From a virus, in IMG/VR virus record IMGVR_UViG_3300047160_006900, positions 32,001 to 96,000 of that record: 64,000 nucleotides of DNA. One strand, 5' to 3'. Position 1 is the stretch's first letter, and each line of letters begins with the position of its first letter. The notes beneath the pieces are model-generated. The model was not told the origin of the DNA. It searched no databases and saw only the letters and a list, made by a program, of their open reading frames with translations. This document shows, in pieces, positions 7,836 through 18,168 of the stretch. The position numbers and the translations under genes are program-made.

Positions 7836-9503
7836 GTGTCAATAAACTTTTATCCTCCCTCCTACCGGGCGGCGGCCAGTGACTTGACCGTCGCCATTAG
7901 CCCGTTGGGCTTGGTCGAACTCGCCGACGAAGAATTCGAAGTCCATGGACCTCGGCTGAACCGCTACGCCAGCAACTGGGCCTGGTACTTAGGTCACCAT
8001 TGGGCTTACCGGCGGGAGTTGGGCGAGGCCCAACTGACGTTCAACTACGTCAAGGCGTTTGCCGACTACATGGTCAACTTCACCTTTGGCAAGGGGGTGG
8101 AGTTCTCCTCTGCCGAGGCCACCCAGGGGATCATCCCCTACATCCTCAAGCGAGCCTGGGAGCACGACAATGACAAGCAGACTCTCCTCTGGGAGATTGG
8201 TCAGTTGGGGTCTGTCTCCGGCGACTGCTTCGCCAAAGTCACCTACGAAGAGCCTTTTGTGGACTCAGTGGGTCGCCCGCATCCCGGGAAGTTCCGGATT
8301 CTTCCCCTCAATCCGGCTTTCTGCTTCCCCGAATGGCATCCCCATGACCGTCAGCGGCTCATCCGGTTCAAGCTGAAGTACAAGTTTTGGGGTACGGCGG
8401 CGGACGGGGCTCGGCAGGTATTCACCTACACCGAGATCCTCACCGAGGACATGATCGAGGAGTACATCAACGACGAGCGCATCGACATGCGCCCCAACCC
8501 GATCGGGGAGATACCGATCGCTTACTCCCAGAACATCCCGGTGGCGTCGAGCCCGTGGGGTCTGGCCGATATCACCGACATCATCAGCCTGAATCGGGAG
8601 TTCAACGAGAAGGCGACCGACGTCGGGGACATCATCAACTACCACGGGGCTCCCGTCACGGTGATCATCGGGGCCAAGGCCTCCAACCTGGAGAAGGGGC
8701 CGAAGAAGGTCTGGACCATCGGGACCAAGGACGCCAAGATCCAGAATCTCACGATGGACACTGACTTCCAGGGCATCCTCGGCTACATGGAACTGATCAA
8801 GCAGTCCATGCATGAGATGACCGGGGTCCCGGCTCAGGCCTTGGGCCAGCAGCAGCCCATCTCCAATACCAGCGGGACTGCGCTGGCGGTTCAGTATCAG
8901 CCGCTGATGCTGAAGTACGGGCTGAAGAAGACCCAGTACTCCCGGCTGTTCAAGCGCATCAACGAACTGATCCTCATGCATGCGGTGATCAAGGAACCGG
9001 ATGCGCTGGTCTACAACCCGTACATCTCCTCGGTGCCGTTGCTGCCGGGGCAGTATCCGGAGTTGGACCCTGCCGATCCCATCACCTATCAGTCCACCGT
9101 CCACTGGCCGGAGCCGTTGCCGGTGGACGTGCTGATCAAGATCAACGAGATCCAGGCCCGTATGGCGATGGGGCTGGAATCCAAGCGTGGTGCTCTTCGT
9201 GATCTCGGGGAGATGTTCCCCGAACAGAAGATGAACGAGATCAACGAGGAGATGCTGGAGGACATGAAGGAGCAGGCGGCGCTGAACCTCGTCCAGGCTC
9301 AGGCGGCGCAGTTCATCATCGGAGCCACGGGGATGTTGCCCGATGGCCAGCCGTTGATTCTCCCCGGTCAGGCCGGTCCTCCGGATGAAGAGGGCAATCC
9401 CACCGGTCCTGCTCCCGCCGTCGATCCCGTTTTGGCCCAGGAAATCATCCAACGGGCATATGCGGAAGTTCCGGCGGAGCGGGAATCGTTCGACAAGCAA
9501 TAG
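7836..9503 (+). CDS. Portal protein
   Basis: 555 aa helical protein with TFNYVKAF, GSVSGD, NPIGEIPI and SNTSGTAL portal-type motifs; located before the scaffold and capsid. Confidence 0.92.
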   Translation: MSINFYPPSYRAAASDLTVAISPLGLVELADEEFEVHGPRLNRYASNWAWYLGHHWAYRRELGEAQLTFNYVKAFADYMVNFTFGKGVEFSSAEATQGIIPYILKRAWEHDNDKQTLLWEIGQLGSVSGDCFAKVTYEEPFVDSVGRPHPGKFRILPLNPAFCFPEWHPHDRQRLIRFKLKYKFWGTAADGARQVFTYTEILTEDMIEEYINDERIDMRPNPIGEIPIAYSQNIPVASSPWGLADITDIISLNREFNEKATDVGDIINYHGAPVTVIIGAKASNLEKGPKKVWTIGTKDAKIQNLTMDTDFQGILGYMELIKQSMHEMTGVPAQALGQQQPISNTSGTALAVQYQPLMLKYGLKKTQYSRLFKRINELILMHAVIKEPDALVYNPYISSVPLLPGQYPELDPADPITYQSTVHWPEPLPVDVLIKINEIQARMAMGLESKRGALRDLGEMFPEQKMNEINEEMLEDMKEQAALNLVQAQAAQFIIGATGMLPDGQPLILPGQAGPPDEEGNPTGPAPAVDPVLAQEIIQRAYAEVPAERESFDKQ

Positions 9504-9587
9504 CTGATACCCCGTGATACCTCGTATCAGCCGGAAAGTGTGCTATATCAGTGAGACGTAAAACTCTTCGTTGAAGGAATCCATCCC

Positions 9588-10424
9588 ATGCCAGAGGAAC
9601 AGCAGGTAGCGGACACCGGTAGTGGGTTCATCGTGGGAACCGACCCGAAGGAACCGCCCCGCACAAATGCGGAATGGCGGGAAGTTCAGGTCGAGAACCT
9701 GGCGGGTCCCATTGGTACACCGGCCACTCCACCGCCTCCTCCGGCCCCGGAACCCAACGGCTACCAACCCCAGCACTTCTACACCGACGAGGACCTGGAA
9801 CGGGTTCGCCGGGAGGAGAAGGACAAGCTCTACGGACGCATCCAGACCATGGACGAGCAACTCAAGACGCTGACCCGGGAACGTGAGGAAGCGGCTGCCG
9901 CACGGCAGGCCGAACTCGACCGGCAGGCGGAAGAGGCCCGTGTGAAGGAAGAGTCCGAGATGGAGGTTCGGGAACTCCTCATCAAGAAGGAAGAGGAGTG
10001 GCAGAACCAACTGGCCGCGATTGAGGCCAGGTACGAGCAAGACCGGGCGGTGTTTGAGCGGGAACGTCGGTTCCAGGAGGTACTGGCATACCGGCAGGCT
10101 CGTCTGGATCAGGAAGCGGAGTACATCATCCCTGAGCTTCGGGATCTGGTGAAAGGGAACTCAGAGACCGAGGTGGATGCGTCCATCGAGGAAATGAAGC
10201 AACGTACTGAGGCGATCATGCGTCAGCTAGACCAGACGGTGACGCAGCAGCGGCAAGGAATGCGGGGAGCGGCCCCTACTGCTCCTCCTGTTGGGCCAAT
10301 GGAGCAAATGGAGTCGTACGAAACGCTGACGCCGCAAGACATTGCGACTATGGACATGGAAACGTACAAGAAGTTTCGGACGGACCTCATCAACGCCACC
10401 GGTCGTCAGTACCGGGGCGGCTAG
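9588..10424 (+). CDS. Capsid scaffolding protein
   Basis: Glu/Arg-rich coiled coil with a YTDEDLERVRREEKDKLY motif and C-terminal MDMETYKKFR; directly precedes the capsid gene. Confidence 0.85.
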   Translation: MPEEQQVADTGSGFIVGTDPKEPPRTNAEWREVQVENLAGPIGTPATPPPPPAPEPNGYQPQHFYTDEDLERVRREEKDKLYGRIQTMDEQLKTLTREREEAAAARQAELDRQAEEARVKEESEMEVRELLIKKEEEWQNQLAAIEARYEQDRAVFERERRFQEVLAYRQARLDQEAEYIIPELRDLVKGNSETEVDASIEEMKQRTEAIMRQLDQTVTQQRQGMRGAAPTAPPVGPMEQMESYETLTPQDIATMDMETYKKFRTDLINATGRQYRGG

Positions 10425-10466
10425 TTAGCTCCCAAACTTCATCCTGGTCCATAGGAGGACTACCCC

Positions 10467-11789
10467 ATGGCGTTCCAACTGCCCACGGGGTCAAACGTCA
10501 CGGGTACGAACCGTGTGGCCGGTGGTCTGACCGGTTCTGCGTACAGTGCCCCTGCCGGATATGACCTCACCGGTTCCGGAGCCAACATCGTCGGCGGTTA
10601 CGGTGCTGGCCTGACATCTGGGACGAGCCTGCTCGGTCCCGCCATCCAGACCGTCTGGTCGAAGGAGATTCTCTTCCAGGCGATGCCCGTGCTCCGTTTT
10701 GAGCAGTTCGCCGTGAAGAAGACCGAACTGGGAGTCATGCCCGGTTTGACCGTCAACTTCATGCGCTACAACAACCTGCCCATCCCATCAGGTCCCCTGG
10801 TGGAAGGCATTCGCATGAAGACCTACGGGATCACGGCGCAGCAGTACCGGATCACCGTGGCCGAGCACGGCTTCGCCATCGCCGTCTCGGAACTGCTGCT
10901 CAACGCCTCCTTCGATGACGTGATGGCCTCGGCCTCCCGTCTCCTGGGCCGCAACATGGCGCTGTACATGGACACCCAAGCTCGGGAGACCATCCAGTCA
11001 GCGACCTCCATCGTGTACGGGTACTCCCCGCCCACGGACCTCACCACCGGCTACGGCATCTACTCCAGAGGAACCCAGGCCACCTCCGGCACGATCGGCA
11101 ACGGCGGGTTCAACCTCACTCCAGCGGCGGTCAAGGACAGCGTCTTGGAGTTGTCCTCCAAGAACATCCCCAGGCTGGGGGAGACGTACGTCTGCTTCAT
11201 CCATCCGGCGCAGTCACGGCAGCTTCGTGACACCCCGGAGTTCATCGAAGTGAGCAAGTACGCCGCTCCGGGGAACTTCATGCTGGGGGAGATCGGGCGT
11301 CTCTTCGACGTGGTGTTTATCGAGACCACCCAGGTGGGCCGTCCGCTGACCACCCCGGCCAACTTCATCAACCAGGCGTACGACACTGGTGGGGCGGTGG
11401 CCTGGCGTGGTGTGGACTCCGAGACCAACCCGCTGGCTGGGGCCACTGGGTCGATGGGGTCCACCGGACCGAACACGCTGGCGGCGGGTCCTCCGACCCT
11501 CTCCGGCAACACGGGGGTGCAGGTCACCACGGCGGAGCCCGACGCCACGGCGACCCCGGGCTGGGACCAGCACTGGCCGTCGGACTTCACCGTGGTTCCG
11601 GACACGGAGCAGTTCGAAGCCCTCATGCTGGGCGACAACGCCTTCGGCCACGCCATCTCCCTCCCGGTGGAACTCCGGGACGGCGGCGTGCTCGACTTCG
11701 GTCGTGAGCACGCCCTGGCGTGGTACAGCATCTGGGGCTTCGGTCTGATCACCGACTCCGCCGTGGTGAAAATCCGTACCAACGGCTGA
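10467..11789 (+). CDS. Major capsid protein (N4 gp56-like HK97 fold)
   Basis: AGGAGG RBS, strong codon bias, motifs FIHPAQ, GEIGRLFDVVFIET and DFGREHALAWY. Confidence 0.93.
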   Translation: MAFQLPTGSNVTGTNRVAGGLTGSAYSAPAGYDLTGSGANIVGGYGAGLTSGTSLLGPAIQTVWSKEILFQAMPVLRFEQFAVKKTELGVMPGLTVNFMRYNNLPIPSGPLVEGIRMKTYGITAQQYRITVAEHGFAIAVSELLLNASFDDVMASASRLLGRNMALYMDTQARETIQSATSIVYGYSPPTDLTTGYGIYSRGTQATSGTIGNGGFNLTPAAVKDSVLELSSKNIPRLGETYVCFIHPAQSRQLRDTPEFIEVSKYAAPGNFMLGEIGRLFDVVFIETTQVGRPLTTPANFINQAYDTGGAVAWRGVDSETNPLAGATGSMGSTGPNTLAAGPPTLSGNTGVQVTTAEPDATATPGWDQHWPSDFTVVPDTEQFEALMLGDNAFGHAISLPVELRDGGVLDFGREHALAWYSIWGFGLITDSAVVKIRTNG

Positions 11790-11811
11790 TTTGGCTCTGC
11801 GTACTGAGCAG

Positions 11812-11849
11812 GTATACAGGGGATGGGCGCTGGTCCATCCCCTGTATGC
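11812..11849 (+). terminator. 17-bp hairpin after the capsid gene
   Basis: GTATACAGGGGATGGGC-GCTG-GTCCATCCCCTGTATGC. Confidence 0.7.
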
Positions 11850-11885
11850 GATACTGCTTTCCAACTATCAATAGGAGAATCCACC

Positions 11886-12224
11886 GTGCCAGAAGAGAAG
11901 CGAGTCAACCCACAAGTCGAAGTTCGGGATGTGGAAACCGAGGGTGAGATCGGAACCCTGAGCGGTATCGCTACTGGCCCACAGGGTCCGCAGGGTCCGC
12001 AGGGTCCGCTGCTCCCCGAGGTCGAAGTGGATCAGATCGTGGAATCCCCTCGTCTGCCACAGGGGGTCCCAATGGTGACCATCAGGGTCAACGAGGACGT
12101 CGAGGAGATGTCCTACGTGGCCGGTGGTCGGGTCGAGCGATACACCTTTGAAGCGGGAGTTCGGTACAACGTGCCGATCTACATCGCCGCTGAGCTTGAA
12201 GGTATCGGTCGGATCTGGCATTAA
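11886..12224 (+). CDS. Head-associated hypothetical protein
   Basis: AGGAG RBS with GTG start; short GPQ x3 repeat; ends YTFEAGVRYNVPIYIAAELEGIGRIWH. Confidence 0.75.
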   Translation: MPEEKRVNPQVEVRDVETEGEIGTLSGIATGPQGPQGPQGPLLPEVEVDQIVESPRLPQGVPMVTIRVNEDVEEMSYVAGGRVERYTFEAGVRYNVPIYIAAELEGIGRIWH

Positions 12225-12236
12225 GGAGCCCTGCCC

Positions 12237-12530
12237 ATGAGTATCGCGACGGTTCACTACCTCTCCATGAACGTCCACTCTGGGCAAGTCACGTTGCCTG
12301 CCACGCCGACGCACGGCGTCGCCGGGTCCTTCACCTTCGCCAGTCTGACTCCGTCGCTCGGCCATACGGTCAACTGGGGAGATGCCACGGCCAACTCCAC
12401 GGGCACGACGGACACGAATGGTTCGCTCACGGTGTCCCACACCTACTCCGCTGCCGGGACGTACACCATCGTCGTCACGGAGACCGTGGGAGGACGGGTG
12501 GTGGCGTCAAAGGCGGTCACGGAGGCGTGA
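12237..12530 (+). CDS. PKD/Ig-like decoration protein
   Basis: VNWGD...SHTYSAAGTYTIVV is a PKD signature. Confidence 0.8.
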   Translation: MSIATVHYLSMNVHSGQVTLPATPTHGVAGSFTFASLTPSLGHTVNWGDATANSTGTTDTNGSLTVSHTYSAAGTYTIVVTETVGGRVVASKAVTEA

Positions 12531-13897
12531 CTCGTCCGGGGTTCATCATCCCGAATGCGAACCTCGTAGCCCCTGACGTTCAGGCTGCCCAGCCGGATCA
12601 GGGTGACTTCCTGATTCTGGGGAACGGGCATTACGGCGTAGTGGTGGGCTGCAAGCTCTTCTTGAGCTTCCCGACGGTCTCCCTGGCTCCGGATCAGGAC
12701 GACACCACGGCGAACATCCTGATCTGTGCGGGGCAGGCCTTTCTCCTGACCTCCGGTATCACGACTCAACTGGCCCAACAGGGAGCACAAGGTCGTTGGG
12801 ACCTGATCGTCTTCGACCGCAAGAACGGTGGATTCAGGGCCATCGGCGGGGTCCCGGCTGACAACCCGGCCTACCCCGATATCACTGACACTATGACGGT
12901 TCTGGGAGCGGTTTCGGTCCCAGCAGCCGCTAGTGGGGCAACCCCCACGCTGATCGACAAGCGGTTGTTCATCCCTTCGACGCAGGTATCTGACGCAACG
13001 TCGAACTCGATCATGCGGACGTACGACAACAACGCTTCTCCCTCCCGCATCGTGCTGAATATCGATGGTCAGGGCACGATCACCTGGGGTCCGCTGACGA
13101 AGCTGGCGGCCACCGCCCCGGGTGTGCTGACGGTGACCAGCGAGCTTGATGCGACCAACATTCGTGCCGACCACCTGTGGGTGGGGGGTATCGAGGTCAC
13201 TACGGCCCAGCACATCGTGTGGGGGAATACCCGTCCCGGATCCGGGGACCGTATCGGAGATATCTATGTCAATACCGATACGGGAGACATCAGTATCTGG
13301 AAAACCGGGAGTTGGAACTCTCTCGATACCAGCACGCCTGCGGGCACGGTCATCATGTCGTTCGTGCCCCCCGCCCAGATGCCGGGGTGGTTGGCGCTGC
13401 AGGGCCAGACGGTCGATGTGGGGCTTGCTGGAGATCTCCCGTCGATCTTCCCCGACTGGGTTAATGGGAGTTTGATCACTCTCCCGGACATGCGAGGGCG
13501 GATGCCGGTGGGTGGTGGGTTCCGTGACTCCGGAACTCCGGGGTTCGTGAATGGAACGAACCCTTCCGGCACGCTGGTGGATGATCACGGGACAACGAGT
13601 GCCACGATCGGTATCGATCAACTTCCTGCTCATGTCCATCAGACCGGGAACGCCACCGGGGCCGGTGGACAACACCGTCATGCCATCCCGATCTGGGCAC
13701 CTTTTCAACCTCAGGGTGGGGTGGTCTCCAACGTCGGGTCGGCCAACACTAACGGGGTCGTGATCGACAGCCTGACCACGACGGATCTTGGTGGAGATCA
13801 TGCTCACAACCTCCCCGTCCACAACTCAGTGGGTGGGGGACAACCGTTGCAGCTAACGCCGCCGACCCTGAGCCTCTACTTCTACATCAAGGTCTAG
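12527..13897 (+). CDS. Fibre protein with tail-collar domain
   Basis: PAGTVIMS...PGWLALQGQ...LPDMRGRMPVG collar motif; HxH repeats; ends LYFYIKV. Confidence 0.85.
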   Translation: MTRPGFIIPNANLVAPDVQAAQPDQGDFLILGNGHYGVVVGCKLFLSFPTVSLAPDQDDTTANILICAGQAFLLTSGITTQLAQQGAQGRWDLIVFDRKNGGFRAIGGVPADNPAYPDITDTMTVLGAVSVPAAASGATPTLIDKRLFIPSTQVSDATSNSIMRTYDNNASPSRIVLNIDGQGTITWGPLTKLAATAPGVLTVTSELDATNIRADHLWVGGIEVTTAQHIVWGNTRPGSGDRIGDIYVNTDTGDISIWKTGSWNSLDTSTPAGTVIMSFVPPAQMPGWLALQGQTVDVGLAGDLPSIFPDWVNGSLITLPDMRGRMPVGGGFRDSGTPGFVNGTNPSGTLVDDHGTTSATIGIDQLPAHVHQTGNATGAGGQHRHAIPIWAPFQPQGGVVSNVGSANTNGVVIDSLTTTDLGGDHAHNLPVHNSVGGGQPLQLTPPTLSLYFYIKV

Positions 13898-13899
13898 CC

Positions 13900-14571
13900 A
13901 TGGCTGTCTCGCCGGTCGTCTATCGAGTGCCCACGCTGGTTCCCAGCACGGTGACGAGAACGGCGGAGCTTCGACCGGAGGATATGGAGCGCATCCCCTA
14001 CGCCCTGGGGGAATCGGCCGGATCTTCCGACGAGAATTGGCCTCCGGCAGGATTCACGGGAGTGACCGGTATGACGAACACCAACGGTTCTGTCGATACC
14101 ACCAGCTTGCTTCCGCAGCCCTACAACATCGAGTGGGTGCAGGGAGATACGGCGATCTTCATGTTCCTGTTCACTGACATCCTGTGGACGGATACGGATC
14201 CCGGGTTCACGGATCCGGCCGCTCCGACCTGGGTGCAGAACACTTGGGCTGCTCAGGTCCGGAATCCGTACATCTACTCCACCTATGCCGCTGACTATTG
14301 GGTTCCGGCTTACGGGTATCAATACAACTGGTGGAGGGGTCACAGCGTCGTGGCGAACTTCACGGTCACGGCGAACGGGATCGTGGTTCCGGATTCCAGT
14401 CCTACGCAGTGGGCCACGGAAGTCACTTTGACGTTGGCCGATACCGATAGTGCCAACATCCTGCCCGGGAACTGGTATCGCTGGGATCTCCAGACTCGGT
14501 CGGCCAACAATGTCGTCATGACCCATCTCCGGGGTAAGTCTCGGATCATCACGGAATGGACCGTGGCCTGA
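13900..14571 (+). CDS. Virion structural protein (fibre adaptor-like)
   Basis: IEWVQGDT...AAQVR...VTLTL...YRWDLQ...LRG pattern, seen upstream of collagen fibres. Confidence 0.65.
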   Translation: MAVSPVVYRVPTLVPSTVTRTAELRPEDMERIPYALGESAGSSDENWPPAGFTGVTGMTNTNGSVDTTSLLPQPYNIEWVQGDTAIFMFLFTDILWTDTDPGFTDPAAPTWVQNTWAAQVRNPYIYSTYAADYWVPAYGYQYNWWRGHSVVANFTVTANGIVVPDSSPTQWATEVTLTLADTDSANILPGNWYRWDLQTRSANNVVMTHLRGKSRIITEWTVA

Positions 14572-16265
14572 TGCCAGTCATTCCCGGCCCGGGTCACGGC
14601 GAGGTCACAGTCTCTCCGATCCTGTATGGCCCCAAGGGGGCCACGGGGGCCTCCGGCCCCAAGGGAGCAACGGGGGCTCCTGGGCCGAACGTCGTAGGAG
14701 CTACGGGTCCTCCGGGTGCTTCGGGGCCGGTAGGACCGACCGGTCCTGCCGGTGGGAACACTGGTCCGTCGGGGCCGTCCGGACCTGTTGGCCCGACGGG
14801 TATTCCTGGAGAAACCGGGGTCACGGGATCAACTGGTGATCCTGGTGGTCCGACGGGTGCTACTGGAATCAAGGGTTCCACGGGTGTTACTGGGTCGACC
14901 GGGGTTACGGGATCGACTGGTGTTACTGGAGATATAGGTATCCAAGGAGCGACCGGTCCTGGTGGTGGTGCTCAGGGGAATACCGGTGTCCAGGGAGCGA
15001 CCGGTATCCAGGGATCGACGGGCGTCACTGGTAATACCGGTGTCACGGGGTCTACAGGCGCTCAAGGGGCCACTGGGGTTACGGGCTCTACAGGGGTTAC
15101 CGGATCGACGGGTCCTGTTGGGCCGACCGGTATCACCGGATCCACCGGGGCCAAGGGAGATTCCGGGAATACCGGGGTCACGGGGGCGATGGGATCGGTA
15201 GGACCGACCGGAGCAACTGGCCCGAAGGGTGATACCGGGACCACCGGAGATCTTGGCCCTACCGGGGCCACGGGTCCCACTGGAAATATCGGGGCTACGG
15301 GGAGTGGAGCGACCGGAACCACGGGAGCTACGGGGGTCACCGGTTCACAGGGTAATACCGGAGTTCAGGGTTCGACCGGAGTGGGGAATACCGGACCGCT
15401 GGGAAATACCGGCGTGGTTGGTCCAGCCGGAGCTACGGGAGTCACTGGTGGTACGGGTGTTGGGAGCACTGGTATCACCGGATCCACGGGTCCGACCGGG
15501 GCTACTGGTCCTACGGGATTCACGGGTCCCCAGGGATTCAACGGGGCAACCGGTATCGGTGCTACCGGTGTGACCGGAGCCACCGGTCCCCAGGGGACGC
15601 AGGGCTCGATTGGCCCGACCGGTCCCCAAGGAAACACCGGGGTTCCCGGTGCTACGGGGGTAGTGGGATCTACGGGAACCACGGGATCCGTTGGACCAGC
15701 CGGTGCTACGGGAAGCGTCGGCGCTCTTGGTCCGACTGGTCCCACCGGAGTCACTGGGTCGACCGGAACTATTGGTCCGACCGGAACGGGAGCCTCTGGA
15801 CCCACCGGAGCAACGGGTCCATCAGGTGCTACCGGAGTAGTCGGGGCGACGGGGACCGGTTCTCAGGGAGCTACGGGGCCAGTGTCCAGCTACGTGGCGC
15901 AGATCGACGTCACCGACCCGAATGCGTCCTTGTCCCTCCAGGTGGGGAACGGCAAGGCCTACTACCGGATCAACTCGCTGATCAACGGGCTGAAGCTCAC
16001 TGCGGTGGCCATGCACGTCACCACTGTTTCCACCTCGGGGCTCCCGTCGTTCCAGATCTACAACGTCACGCAATCCCGCAACATGCTCACCACGGTGGTG
16101 TCGTGTGACGCCACCGAGAAGGACTCGTCCACTGCTGCCACGGCTGCGGTGATTGATACGGCGTCCTCTCACGATGTGGTATCTACGGGGGACGAGCTTC
16201 GGCTGGACTGCACCGTGGCCGGGACCGGGACCAAGGGCGTGATCATCGATTTGACGTTCGGCTGA
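14571..16265 (+). CDS. Collagen-like fibre protein 1 (Gly-X-Thr)
   Basis: Long [12 protein letters not shown] triplet run with a C-terminal beta-rich globular domain. Confidence 0.92.
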   Translation: MPVIPGPGHGEVTVSPILYGPKGATGASGPKGATGAPGPNVVGATGPPGASGPVGPTGPAGGNTGPSGPSGPVGPTGIPGETGVTGSTGDPGGPTGATGIKGSTGVTGSTGVTGSTGVTGDIGIQGATGPGGGAQGNTGVQGATGIQGSTGVTGNTGVTGSTGAQGATGVTGSTGVTGSTGPVGPTGITGSTGAKGDSGNTGVTGAMGSVGPTGATGPKGDTGTTGDLGPTGATGPTGNIGATGSGATGTTGATGVTGSQGNTGVQGSTGVGNTGPLGNTGVVGPAGATGVTGGTGVGSTGITGSTGPTGATGPTGFTGPQGFNGATGIGATGVTGATGPQGTQGSIGPTGPQGNTGVPGATGVVGSTGTTGSVGPAGATGSVGALGPTGPTGVTGSTGTIGPTGTGASGPTGATGPSGATGVVGATGTGSQGATGPVSSYVAQIDVTDPNASLSLQVGNGKAYYRINSLINGLKLTAVAMHVTTVSTSGLPSFQIYNVTQSRNMLTTVVSCDATEKDSSTAATAAVIDTASSHDVVSTGDELRLDCTVAGTGTKGVIIDLTFG

Positions 16266-16276
16266 TTGGATACGAG

Positions 16277-16750
16277 ATGGGTTGGGCTCCATATGTCATC
16301 ACAGCGACCTCCGGGGGGTTGACCACTGCCACGAACGCCTACGTGACTGGGAACCAGTTGGGGACCGAGATCACGCTCACGGCGGCGGCAGCGGGAAACA
16401 ACGGGCACGGAGCCATCGTGGGGGTCGAACTCATCGACTACGCCAACATCGTCGGAGCAATCGACGTGCTCTTGTTCAGCGATACCACCACCCCTGCTGC
16501 GGACCGTGCAGCGGCGGCGTGGTCGGATGCGGATTCCAACAAGTCGATCGCTGGAACACCGATCACGCTCCCGGGTCCTACCTCGTTGACCAACAACCGG
16601 ATCTCTGGAGTGGGAAATATCTGGATCCCCTATCAGAGCGGATCTAGTCACGCCAACCTGTACTGCGATCTCATCACTCGCTCTGGGCATACCTTCTTCG
16701 GGGCTGTGACCGATCTTCACCTGACTATCAACGTGATGAGGTTCAGCTAA
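16277..16750 (+). CDS. Probable virion structural protein
   Basis: 157 aa beta-rich ORF in the fibre cluster. Confidence 0.7.
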   Translation: MGWAPYVITATSGGLTTATNAYVTGNQLGTEITLTAAAAGNNGHGAIVGVELIDYANIVGAIDVLLFSDTTTPAADRAAAAWSDADSNKSIAGTPITLPGPTSLTNNRISGVGNIWIPYQSGSSHANLYCDLITRSGHTFFGAVTDLHLTINVMRFS

Positions 16751-17536
16751 GTGGTCGACGTCTTCCAAAGCTCTACCCCGGACATGATCCACGGGCGCAC
16801 GCTGCTCCACGCACTGTTCTCGCAGACGGATAACTCCGGGTTGACCCCTGATCCGTCCCGATTCACGAACCCTAGTGGGAACGCCGGATACTCCATCGGT
16901 TGTGCCAATAATGAAGCGCTGCAACTGACGACCGGCACTGTGAACACGAATGCCTGCAACATCTTCGTGACCCAGCAGCGATGGCCCTCCAACATCGGCT
17001 GCCTGGTGTTGTGGTCCTCTCCGAGCTTGGGCAACCTGACATGGTTATTGGGGTTGCGGGCGACGACGACGACGCTCACCAGTCAGTCCAACCCGACGGA
17101 CTTTTACGCCCTCAAGCCGTTCTCAAATAGCACGGTCAATAGTGGGGCACCGAGTTTCGAACTGTGGAAGGTGATCAATAGTTCGGCAGCGACCATGGCC
17201 TCGCAGCCCGCCATTACGAACTATTCGGATGGTACTCATTACTGGCTGCGATTCGAGATCGTAGGTTCGGTATTGACAGGGAAGCTCTGGGCCGCAAGCT
17301 CTCCGGAATCGAGTGCTCAAGTGATCACGGTGTCGGACACGTCGTTCACGGCTGGGGGATATTCCACGATCACTGCTCGTAACTTCGTCGCTGCGCCCAA
17401 ATCGGTGGATATCTACGAGTACGTGCTCTACGAGCCGAACACCCTGCGAACCCCGGCGGCGACCATCCTCAATATCATTGATCCTCAGGAGTACGCTCCC
17501 TACCCTCGGACAGTTACGCTGTCAAAGAAAACTTGA
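16751..17536 (+). CDS. Lectin/ConA-like beta-sandwich protein
   Basis: YWLRFEIVGSVLTGKLWA...VSDTSFTAGG; codon usage more AT-rich than its neighbours. Confidence 0.6.
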   Translation: MVDVFQSSTPDMIHGRTLLHALFSQTDNSGLTPDPSRFTNPSGNAGYSIGCANNEALQLTTGTVNTNACNIFVTQQRWPSNIGCLVLWSSPSLGNLTWLLGLRATTTTLTSQSNPTDFYALKPFSNSTVNSGAPSFELWKVINSSAATMASQPAITNYSDGTHYWLRFEIVGSVLTGKLWAASSPESSAQVITVSDTSFTAGGYSTITARNFVAAPKSVDIYEYVLYEPNTLRTPAATILNIIDPQEYAPYPRTVTLSKKT

Positions 17537-17565
17537 TTCGTCGTAACTACTGAAAGGCACTCATC

Positions 17566-18168
17566 ATGGCTGGCTGGACGACGGAGGACCACCAGTATTA
17601 CGAGCAGGGGTGGTGGGGGAACTGTGTCAACACCTTCTCCGAGGAGACCAAGCAGATCACCTACGCCTGGAACATGGGTCTTTCCAACGTCCCCGACTCC
17701 TACACCGGCCGTTGGCCGCAGTACGACCTGGCGGGCAAGTCGGTGCTGGACATCGGCGGTGGTCCAAGTTCGATCCTGCTGAAGACGGTCAACGGGCAGG
17801 GCCTCGTCGTGGCGGATCCCTGTCCCTACCCGGCGTGGGTGGAAGCCCGCTACGCCGCTATGGGGATCTCGCAGTTTCGGGAGCCGGGGGAGACGTTCAA
17901 CGCCGGTCGGCTCTTCAGTGAGGTCTGGATCTACAACGTGCTCCAGCACGTCGAGGACCCCCAGAAGATCATCGCCAACGCCCATCGACATGCCCCTATC
18001 CTGCGGATGTTCGAATGGGTGAACTGCGAACCCACTCTGGGGCATCCCTGGAAGCTCACCAAAGAGGATCTGGATGACTGGATCGGGAACGGGGCCGATG
18101 GCACGGTGGCGTTCGTGAATGAGAACACCGCTGTCGGTGAGGCCTATTTCGGGGTGTTTCCGCTGTGA
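17566..18168 (+). CDS. Class I SAM-dependent methyltransferase-like protein
   Basis: KSVLDIGGGP motif I; YNVLQHVEDP motif. Confidence 0.85.
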   Translation: MAGWTTEDHQYYEQGWWGNCVNTFSEETKQITYAWNMGLSNVPDSYTGRWPQYDLAGKSVLDIGGGPSSILLKTVNGQGLVVADPCPYPAWVEARYAAMGISQFREPGETFNAGRLFSEVWIYNVLQHVEDPQKIIANAHRHAPILRMFEWVNCEPTLGHPWKLTKEDLDDWIGNGADGTVAFVNENTAVGEAYFGVFPL

